Assembly (NCBI GenBank): GCA_965227835.1
Contig: OZ245768.1
Span: 150,001 to 182,000 of the forward strand
Direction of reading: 5' to 3'
DNA length: 32,000 nucleotides
Source of the DNA: Candidatus Saccharimonadota bacterium
GTDB lineage: Bacteria; Patescibacteriota; Gracilibacteria; BD1-5; UBA6164
Below are positions 11,721 to 19,105 of the stretch, in pieces. Every line of letters starts with the position of its first letter. The stretch's first letter is position 1. The notes beneath the pieces are model-generated. The model searched no databases. It saw only the letters and a program-made list of their open reading frames with translations, and was not told where the DNA came from. Made by a program: the position numbers and the translations under genes.

Positions 11721-12348
11721 TTTTTCCTCCTTTGCCGAAACTTTCAAGTTTATCTATATAGTACTTATCATTTGGTTCTTTGTCTTGAGTTGGGTATGCG
11801 TTATTTTTGTCCTCAAATTCCTGTTTTTTATTTTCACTATCTTTTTTAGTGAGAATGCTTTTTTTAATTGCATCTCCAGCGTCACCTGATTTTTCTATTA
11901 TGGTTTGTTTTGCTCTATCTCCAGCTTTTTGTATCTCATCTTTTAAATTTATTTTGCCTGTCTGGATATCATCACTTCTGTCCAGACCCCATTTAAAAGA
12001 ATCAACTAATGTGACAGCTAGAGGTGTAAATATAAAACCTATCCATATAAAGAAGTGTAGCAATACATATAATAGTAAATCTACATATAAAGGCATTGCA
12101 TCAGGAATCCAAAAAGTTATAAACTCAATTGTTGCTGCGAAAGGTGTTGCATTTATAAGTTTACGCTTAATTGTTTGCCCATACACAAAACCTTTATTAT
12201 CTTCCATTGTAATTCGATTTTTAGGAGAGTTTATAAGGTTATGAAACCATATATAAAACTTTCTAAAAAGACCTTTTTTTTGATCTTTTACTCCTATGAA
12301 CATACCAATTACAATAGAAGTAATAGTCCATCCAATTATTTCATTCAT
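11713..12348 (-). CDS. Island gene 5: small membrane protein with charged Gly/Asp/Lys-rich C-terminal tail, 211 aa
   Basis: AGGAG SD. Hydrophobic segments are IIGWTITSIVIGMFIGV and PLYVDLLLYVLLHFFIWIGFIFTPLAVTLV, followed by a hydrophilic tail (GDRAKQTIIEKSGDAGDAIKK...). It ends at TGA (11713-15) in an ATGAGTGA overlap with gene 6. Confidence 0.8.
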   Translation of the reverse strand: MNEIIGWTITSIVIGMFIGVKDQKKGLFRKFYIWFHNLINSPKNRITMEDNKGFVYGQTIKRKLINATPFAATIEFITFWIPDAMPLYVDLLLYVLLHFFIWIGFIFTPLAVTLVDSFKWGLDRSDDIQTGKINLKDEIQKAGDRAKQTIIEKSGDAGDAIKKSILTKKDSENKKQEFEDKNNAYPTQDKEPNDKYYIDKLESFGKGGKNE

Positions 12349-13603
12349 AATTAACTCCTTTGTAGTGATTCATAATTCTCCAAATTACCCATTTCCTTTT
12401 TGATTTAGACCAAGTAAAATATTGTTTGTAAAACTTTTCTTTGTTAAATCTATACAGTTGTATAACTTTTTCAGGAAATAGGAATGTTAGAAGTATATTT
12501 ACAGCTTGCTTAAATCCTGGGTTAACCTTTGTTGGACGAAGTAGTAAACCTCTAAGTTCTTTAGATAATTCATTTACTTCTTTTCCCATTCTAAGCGACT
12601 GAATTAGTTTCTCAATTTCGAAATAAACCTCTGGAATATCTTTTTCATACTCTATAAGGTATGATTTTTTCTGAGTACTTGGTATTTCTGAATATTCTAG
12701 ATTTTCAGGGTTTTTGTTACAAACCACATCAGCTAGTATATCATCTTTCATTCTTTCCAATTCATTTAAATTAGAACTGTAGAATCCTAAGTCCAAAGTA
12801 AGAATTCCAAATTTTTCTAGCTTTTCTACTAGATTATCTTCATCTATACTCATAACTAGTAGGTCTTTATAAGGACTTTCTAGTATTTGATTATCTTGTT
12901 TTTCTACTCTAATCATCAAGGTTTTGTCTTCGCTTCCAAAGTCACGAAATACAAATGTCCCTCCATAATTTCTAGTGAAAAACGATGAAGCTTCATCAAA
13001 AAATATGGGATGAAGTAATATATTCCTTCGTCTTAAATCACCGTGTTGTTCAGAGCTTTCTATTAGCTTTTTTCTGACTTCGGGATCTTGCCACATATCT
13101 TCACTTTTTTCGAAATCAGCTACTAATTTTTTTTGTTGTCTTGCTATTTCTTCTATCTTGTTTGGTGTTGAAGGAATAACTTGGTAATAACCAACCATTA
13201 ACAGATCAAATGGAGTTGTGAATCTAGAAATACCATTTTCTATATCCAAGCATACTCCTGACATGGTTGTTATATCCATTAAAGGTTTTTTAAGTTCATG
13301 ATATACCCTTTCTATAAGAAAGGAATCAAAAGAATAATGACGAAAATAAAGAGATGCTTTGGCCTGTTCTACACTTAGTATAATACCAACTGTATTACTA
13401 GGACCGTGAGTCAGATACATTTCATCATCTTTTTCCTTTGATATATCAGGTGACCATCCTAATTTATCTATACTAAAACTTTTAAGCTTAGTTGTAGGTA
13501 AACCTAGATGTTTAAGGCATTGGTTATACCTTTCAACCATTTCTTCGGTGTTTACATCGAAGAGATTCGCTCCTATGAGCTCTGCTTTTTTTAAATGTTT
13601 CAT
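12341..13603 (-). CDS. Island gene 4: hypothetical protein, 420 aa
   Basis: Uninterrupted standard-code ORF with AGGAG 7 nt upstream. It ends at TGA (12341-43) in an ATGAATGA overlap with gene 5. No motif recognised. Confidence 0.8.
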   Translation of the reverse strand: MKHLKKAELIGANLFDVNTEEMVERYNQCLKHLGLPTTKLKSFSIDKLGWSPDISKEKDDEMYLTHGPSNTVGIILSVEQAKASLYFRHYSFDSFLIERVYHELKKPLMDITTMSGVCLDIENGISRFTTPFDLLMVGYYQVIPSTPNKIEEIARQQKKLVADFEKSEDMWQDPEVRKKLIESSEQHGDLRRRNILLHPIFFDEASSFFTRNYGGTFVFRDFGSEDKTLMIRVEKQDNQILESPYKDLLVMSIDEDNLVEKLEKFGILTLDLGFYSSNLNELERMKDDILADVVCNKNPENLEYSEIPSTQKKSYLIEYEKDIPEVYFEIEKLIQSLRMGKEVNELSKELRGLLLRPTKVNPGFKQAVNILLTFLFPEKVIQLYRFNKEKFYKQYFTWSKSKRKWVIWRIMNHYKGVNYE

Positions 13604-13628
13604 TTAAATCTCCTAGTTTGTGAATTTG

Positions 13629-13663
13629 GAGTAAGGAGGGATTTATCCCTCCTTACTCTTTTT
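13629..13663. other. 13-bp perfect GC-rich hairpin between island genes 3 and 4
   Basis: gagtaaggaggga-ttta-tccctccttactc. The T-run follows on the plus strand only, so this is not a classical terminator for the minus-strand operon. Confidence 0.7.
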
Positions 13664-13689
13664 GCAATACCAGAGAAATATATGACTCT

Positions 13690-15621
13690 TTAAGAGGTTC
13701 TTCTTCTAGCCTCTGCTTGAATCCTCATATGATCTATAGTTTGTTCAACCTTTCGTTCAAAATCTTTGTTAGATATTTGAGCTAGGTTGTCAAAATAAAA
13801 TACAGCTTCTTCAAGATATATGTCCACAAAGGACTTCCCTTGAAGGCTAGATCTTATCAAATCTATAATCATTGATTTCTTTTCATCATAATCTTTTTTG
13901 AAAAAGATTAGAGGATCATTGAGCCATTCATCTGGGAAGTCAAAGTCAAAGATTCTAGTCTTGACAGCTGACTGTATATTTCTTTTATCACGAGATGTGT
14001 ATATGAATTTACTTGCTATTTGTGTATCAAGATAGGCAAAAAATTCGGGAGAGTTTTCCTCGTGCTTTTTCCTAGCTTTTTCCAAAATTTCAGCTATAAG
14101 CTCTACTTTAGATGTAGATTTTCTTTCATACTCTTCTTTAATTTTTTCAGTTAAAGATTGAGCTGACATATACTTGTAGCTTTTTGGAGTAGAAAAATCA
14201 GTAAATCCAGGTATAAGTTTTTCAATAGGTTTAATCAAACCTATATAATCTTGATCGAGAAAGTCTTCTTCTGTCTTAGCTCCAGCCATATGAGTACGAC
14301 CTTGCACACGACTTAAAACGGCTTTATCAATTTTTTCTGGAAGATTTGTATATAGGTTTATTAAGTTATTTCCTCTATCTATTGCATATGCTCCTTCTGT
14401 CATTCTCAAAAAAACTCCAACGACTTCTGAAACACCTGCACTTACACCTTGTGATGATCTATCTTGTAGATTATTTTCGGCATCATCTATGGGTGCAAAT
14501 ATGATATGCTTAGGATCATTTAGTATGGGATTGAACCATGCTATAGCTCTCTCTGCACTACCACCTTGATATGTTGAAACAATATTATCAGGGAAGGGGT
14601 GAAATAAGAAAGGTATACCTAGCTCTTTACAACGATCACTTAGTTCAGATGCAATTGCTGCTATTTCCATACTCTTACCAGTTCCTGGAGGACCATATAC
14701 TAGTTTTGTCCTAAAAAAACCACCTAGATCTTTCAAGGGATTTCTCTGTGTTGTAGGATCGTAGCACATAAGCCCCATAATACTTCTTTTAGCCGAATGT
14801 TTTGACTCTACATTTCCTACTATATCACCCCATTCTACTCGGTTAAACTCTACATGGCTTGTATGTCCGGGAAGACTAAATTCAAAACCCTGTATTGAAA
14901 ACTCACTATCTTCAAGTTTATATCCCGAAGATTTAAATATTTCAATATATTTAAATGCATTTTCTTTTGCTTTAATTTCGTCTATTATAGCTTGAAAATA
15001 CAATAGAGTCATTTTTAGAAAAGTTAGTTCATCATGTACCTTACCAGATTTTTCTAAGTAAGATCCATAGTAGAACAAAACACATTTACGAGCCATAGAA
15101 GAATTAACTAAACTCAATTCGGGAATTCCTTCAAATTCCATATGTATTGACTCTAGTTCATTATCCTTGTAGTTGGATAGTTCATGTACTACATAATATG
15201 CAGATACAAAAGCCATTATAGCTGCTGAAGTTGTAGCTTTCTCCCTAAATTCAGATTGCCTTTGTTGAGATAATCCTCTTTCTTTTTGCATCACATCTAG
15301 ATTAGATGCTTTATCAAAAAGTTCAGATATTTTGGAACCAAGCATAAAAGCTTCACGGACAGTTAAGTAAGCTTTGTTAACTCCTTCTGTCATTGCAAAA
15401 CCTTTTTTGCTTATATTGATTGCAAAGTTGGCAATTGAAATGGTTTCTTCTTTACCACCTGTCATTACTGAATGAGCAACATCTAAATTACTACTACTTG
15501 TGTTAGCAAATGAACTTTTTGCTGACTTCCAATCAGTTTTTTTCATGAAACCATCAACAATTCTTGAAAATTCTTTGAGGGATTCATGATCAACTTTATA
15601 CAAATTAGATTTTTCAGACAT
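13690..15621 (-). CDS. Island gene 3: classical AAA ATPase (Vps4/katanin/spastin-like core) with ~290-aa helical N-domain, 643 aa
   Basis: Walker A is LVYGPPGTGKS (14671-14694) and the Walker B region is IIFAPIDDAE (14476-14505). STYQGGSAERAIAWF resembles SKYxGESEKLVRxLF. TNLPEKIDKAVLSRVQGR resembles the ATNxPxxLDxAxxRRF second region of homology. TAA stop. Confidence 0.85.
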   Translation of the reverse strand: MSEKSNLYKVDHESLKEFSRIVDGFMKKTDWKSAKSSFANTSSSNLDVAHSVMTGGKEETISIANFAINISKKGFAMTEGVNKAYLTVREAFMLGSKISELFDKASNLDVMQKERGLSQQRQSEFREKATTSAAIMAFVSAYYVVHELSNYKDNELESIHMEFEGIPELSLVNSSMARKCVLFYYGSYLEKSGKVHDELTFLKMTLLYFQAIIDEIKAKENAFKYIEIFKSSGYKLEDSEFSIQGFEFSLPGHTSHVEFNRVEWGDIVGNVESKHSAKRSIMGLMCYDPTTQRNPLKDLGGFFRTKLVYGPPGTGKSMEIAAIASELSDRCKELGIPFLFHPFPDNIVSTYQGGSAERAIAWFNPILNDPKHIIFAPIDDAENNLQDRSSQGVSAGVSEVVGVFLRMTEGAYAIDRGNNLINLYTNLPEKIDKAVLSRVQGRTHMAGAKTEEDFLDQDYIGLIKPIEKLIPGFTDFSTPKSYKYMSAQSLTEKIKEEYERKSTSKVELIAEILEKARKKHEENSPEFFAYLDTQIASKFIYTSRDKRNIQSAVKTRIFDFDFPDEWLNDPLIFFKKDYDEKKSMIIDLIRSSLQGKSFVDIYLEEAVFYFDNLAQISNKDFERKVEQTIDHMRIQAEARRRTS

Positions 15622-16684
15622 AGTTTAAGTTTCCTTCTTTGTCAAATGAAAATATTCTTGATTTGTCAAAAATATCTCCTGCTTGTTGATGAATTTCATA
15701 TGGTAAAATTACAATAGATTCTCCATTTGAAATGCCTCTACTGTATAATTCAGTATCATATTCGGGAACATGGAAAATTTCTCTTTTTTGTTCTCCTCTA
15801 AAAAATGAGTTACTTATTACCTGTTTTGCGGAGAATACATGTTCATGTCTCATAAGTATTATGAACCTCCTACCTGTATCTCCTAAAGATAAAAGAGAAT
15901 TTATTTCATCATTAGAATGAGAACTAAAACCTTCTGCATAAAAAGGACCAATAGATATTCTTTTGATGATTTTTGGGTGAACTTTTCTTAACTCTTCGTC
16001 AATTGATACGGCAACTATATTTAGATTTGGTGCCCTTGTACCATTTGATTTTACGGTTTTAAAAAACTCTTGCATTGCCTCTTCAGACTCATGAAAGACT
16101 TCATCGTATGATGTCTCAAAAACCATAATATATATATAAGGGATGTTAGTTGAATAATCAAAAGTTGCCCAATAATACATATATTCTTTATCATTATTTA
16201 GTCTTATCAAATTTCCTGGAGAAAATAAATGAAACTGTTCTTTAGAAAATAACATATCTAAAAATGTCCTTTCAGACATCTTTTTGAGTAGATCTATTGG
16301 ATCCTCGTTATTCTCAAAAATAGAGTCTATTATTTTTCTCTTGATTGTTAGTTGTGGTAGTAATCCTTTTATTTTAGATTCACCTTCAGTCATATCTGTT
16401 TCAAGAGATGAGAATTCATAGTGAGAAGGAAATCCTGAGTCACAAGAGTTAATTTTTAACTCTTTATCACTATATAGGTATTTCATCCTGAGACATTGCA
16501 TTGAATTCAAAAATCTTTTCAGATAATTCCTAACTATTTCCTCTTCTTCGTTTTCACTCACAGATGTTTTTTTGTAAATTTTCAGTAATGTTTCAAAAGA
16601 GACACCAATTTTTGCAAAATATCTTTCAAATTCATCTCCTTGTAGAGGTAAATTTTCTAAGTTATCACTAATTTGTGTATTCAT
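15614..16684 (-). CDS. Island gene 2: hypothetical protein, 356 aa
   Basis: Uninterrupted standard-code ORF with a GAGG-type SD. It ends at TGA (15614-16), overlapping the next ATG by 8 nt (ATGTCTGA). No motif recognised. Confidence 0.8.
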   Translation of the reverse strand: MNTQISDNLENLPLQGDEFERYFAKIGVSFETLLKIYKKTSVSENEEEEIVRNYLKRFLNSMQCLRMKYLYSDKELKINSCDSGFPSHYEFSSLETDMTEGESKIKGLLPQLTIKRKIIDSIFENNEDPIDLLKKMSERTFLDMLFSKEQFHLFSPGNLIRLNNDKEYMYYWATFDYSTNIPYIYIMVFETSYDEVFHESEEAMQEFFKTVKSNGTRAPNLNIVAVSIDEELRKVHPKIIKRISIGPFYAEGFSSHSNDEINSLLSLGDTGRRFIILMRHEHVFSAKQVISNSFFRGEQKREIFHVPEYDTELYSRGISNGESIVILPYEIHQQAGDIFDKSRIFSFDKEGNLNYV

Positions 16685-16705
16685 AATTTTAATCCTCTAT
16701 TATTG

Positions 16706-16738
16706 TGAGAAAAAGAGAGGGACACTAGGCCCCTCTCT
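16706..16738 (-). terminator. Intra-operon terminator/attenuator-like hairpin after island gene 1
   Basis: The minus strand reads agagaggg-gcctagtgt-ccctctct followed by TTTTT. It lies between the stop at 16772 and the next ATG at 16684. Confidence 0.55.
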
Positions 16739-16771
16739 GTTGTTTTTTGTGATTGAAGCTATTTTCATCAT

Positions 16772-18052
16772 CTAGGATTGTTCAGCCCAATGAGAAAACT
16801 GGCTTTCAGTAGGGTCTATTCCATATTTTGATGTCATTTTCTCTACCATATCTTTTATATTAGAATCAGCTTTTGAAATATGCTGAGTAAGAGCACTTTG
16901 AGTTTCTTGCATTTTGCGAAGACGATCTGGATGCGCTCCAATTTTATCTGCCATTATCTTATCAGAAGCAACTGTAGTTTGTGCCATATATTTAGCATTT
17001 TTATCATCTACTTCTGCTCCTAAATCATCAAGTTTTTTAGCAATTTCTTGATCCGAAGATGCTTTCATTGCTTCTAACCTTGATTTGAATGTAATGACTC
17101 GTTCTTCGGTATCAGATTCAAGAGTTTTAATCCAAATTAACTGATTGTTACGGAGTTTTTTCTGAGCTGCCTCGTGAATTTCCAACTCTTTAACAAACTT
17201 TTCTTTGGACTGAAATACTCCCAATGCTACATCTCTAGTACCTTTTGCATCTTCAAGCTTTGATTTTAAGTCTGATATTTCTTTCTCTTGAGCTGTATAC
17301 TCTGGACTACCATTAGGCATACCATTGAGGGTTTGTTCAGCATCATATAGATTGTTTTCTATATCTGATACATCATCCTCAGCATTTTTAAGTATTACTG
17401 CTTGTCTTTCTTTTTCAGCAAAAGCTTCTGCTTTTCTTGCTTCTACAGCTTTGACTTGCTTATCTATTTCTTCCTTACGATCTTTCATTATAGATATTGT
17501 CTTAGCAACACGATTTTGAAAATCTTGCAGGGAATCTTCCATAGAAGCAGATAGCAATCTTTGCCGCATAAGTCTGTTTGCTTCAACTTTTGCTTGATTA
17601 AGTTTTTCTTTTGACATTTCCAAGTTAGCTTCAGCTTCCTCGATTCTGCTTTTTTTGAAAACCCAAGAGTTTTTTGCATCTTCCAGTAATTGTTCAGCTT
17701 TAGCTAATTCAGCTTTAGCACTATTAATTAACCGTTGTTCTTCAGGGGTTAATTGAGTTAGTTGTTCATAAGATCCACCTAATTGCTCAATTATTATGTT
17801 TAGACCAAATACTGCCTCAGCTAAATCTTCTTCTTCTTTAACTACACTTTTTCGTAGTTCATCCATTCTTGTTTCAAGAATTTCTGTAACTCTATCTCTT
17901 TCTTGATCATTCTCGATTTTTGAGGCTTTTTCAAGTTCAAGTTGAGTTTGTTCCATTTCAGCAAGTATATTACTTTCTCTGACTTTTTGCATATGTTGTT
18001 CAGAGCTTTGAAGTAATTCCTGCATTTGAGAGGTTTTTTGCATATCAGTCAT
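16772..18052 (-). CDS. Island gene 1: long alpha-helical coiled-coil protein, 426 aa
   Basis: Uninterrupted standard-code ORF with AAGGAG 8 nt upstream of the ATG and a TAG stop. The sequence is E/K/Q/A-rich with heptad-like periodicity throughout. No enzymatic motif and no TM segment. Confidence 0.85.
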   Translation of the reverse strand: MTDMQKTSQMQELLQSSEQHMQKVRESNILAEMEQTQLELEKASKIENDQERDRVTEILETRMDELRKSVVKEEEDLAEAVFGLNIIIEQLGGSYEQLTQLTPEEQRLINSAKAELAKAEQLLEDAKNSWVFKKSRIEEAEANLEMSKEKLNQAKVEANRLMRQRLLSASMEDSLQDFQNRVAKTISIMKDRKEEIDKQVKAVEARKAEAFAEKERQAVILKNAEDDVSDIENNLYDAEQTLNGMPNGSPEYTAQEKEISDLKSKLEDAKGTRDVALGVFQSKEKFVKELEIHEAAQKKLRNNQLIWIKTLESDTEERVITFKSRLEAMKASSDQEIAKKLDDLGAEVDDKNAKYMAQTTVASDKIMADKIGAHPDRLRKMQETQSALTQHISKADSNIKDMVEKMTSKYGIDPTESQFSHWAEQS

Positions 18053-18117
18053 AATACTTCTCCTTTTGACTATATATTTTCGGGTTATTTTAAAGAACTC
18101 ATTATTCTATATCTATA

Positions 18118-18148
18118 TATTTAGATAATTTAAAAAAATATCTAAATA
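18118..18148. promoter_or_regulatory. 10-bp perfect inverted repeat upstream of the island operon (candidate operator)
   Basis: tatttagata (18118-27) and tatctaaata (18139-48) are separated by 11 nt, 66-96 nt upstream of the gene 1 ATG. Confidence 0.35.
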
Positions 18149-18284
18149 CTAATATATAAAGAATAACTTAATATCTAATTTACAATTCAGTCAATATAAG
18201 TCAAGTTTTTTTTGCTTTTTTTTGTTTTTTTATTATAAAATAGAAAAATTTTCAGCTATATTTCTTATATTAAAGGGAAAAAAT

Positions 18285-18327
18285 AAAACTATTTAATATT
18301 AACAAAAACTTAATATTAAATAGTTTT
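18285..18327 (-). terminator. Terminator of grxB
   Basis: An 18-bp perfect stem aaaactatttaatattaa / ttaatattaaatagtttt with loop caaaaac. A T-rich tract follows on the minus strand. Confidence 0.7.
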
Positions 18328-18352
18328 TTTATAAACTTCCACAATTTTTTTC

Positions 18353-19003
18353 TTAAAATGCTCTATCACTATACAAATCAACATTTGATTTTCTAGATAT
18401 TTTTTCTAAATAACTTTTAACTTTTGGTGGGAAATTTAGGTTTTTTACACAAGTTAGACTACGAAGTATAGGGAATAGACATATGTCTTCGTAGGTGTAT
18501 GTATTTTTTGCAATAAAATTTTCTTGTGTTTCAAGTTCTTCCAAATATTTCTCCATTTTTTTGATTAGTTGTGGTGTTTCTTGTAAACGAGTTTCAAAAT
18601 TTCATATAAACATTTCTTTTTTGTTTTTGAAGTATTCTATGTCTTTTTGTGTTTTAAATTCTTCTAATCACATTTTTATAAATCTTGGTATTACTAATTG
18701 ATAGGTAGTTGCTCATACACTATTTAACCAAGTTTGAATTTCTTCCTGTTCTTCTTTTTCAAGGATTTTGTCTCCATAGTTTTCATCTAAATATTCTACT
18801 ATATCAAGACTTTCTATCATATATTTTTTGTCTTCATACTCCAAAATTGGTACTAGTTTTTTTCATACTAGGTCATAGTGAGATTTTTCATCTGCATTTT
18901 GTATTATTATGCTTTCATATGGTATGTTTTTTAGTCCGAGTATCATTCTTACTCTTATGCAATATGGGCAATGATCGTAGTGGTAGAGTTTTAGTTGTGT
19001 CAT
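18353..19003 (-). CDS. grxB: Glutaredoxin 2, 216 aa
   Basis: LKLYHYDHCPYCIRVRMILGLKNIP, LVGKKLVPIL and LFPILRSLT are collinear with E. coli Grx2 (KLYIYDHCPYCLKARMIFGLKNIP, MVGQKQVPIL, LFPLLRNLT). Open from ATG 19003 with TGA as Gly (checked). Confidence 0.9.
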
Positions 19004-19105
19004 AGTTTTTTGGGGTTATTTTTTAATGCGGGTAATTAAATTTTTATTTTGGAGATTAATTTGTATTATATGAAAAATTATTTTATTTTCTAATTTTAAA
19101 GTAGT

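Noticed and set aside
10139-17679. Short ORFs on both strands within the island (10139-10330, 10340-10567, 11611-11889, 11807-12244, 15732-15920, 17325-17519, 17488-17679)
   Set aside because: All are nested inside or antisense to the six long, SD-preceded, tightly coupled genes. They have no independent support.
9975-18150. Island as a prophage, IS or integrative element
   Set aside because: No integrase, transposase, capsid or terminase-like motif was seen, and no terminal inverted or direct repeats could be found by eye. The mobility mechanism remains unknown.
9884-18353. Island as a metagenomic assembly chimera
   Set aside because: This is not fully excluded. However, both flanks are table-25 DNA, and the block sits exactly between a native terminator and a native promoter region with its own terminator. 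That fits a real insertion better. Read mapping is needed.
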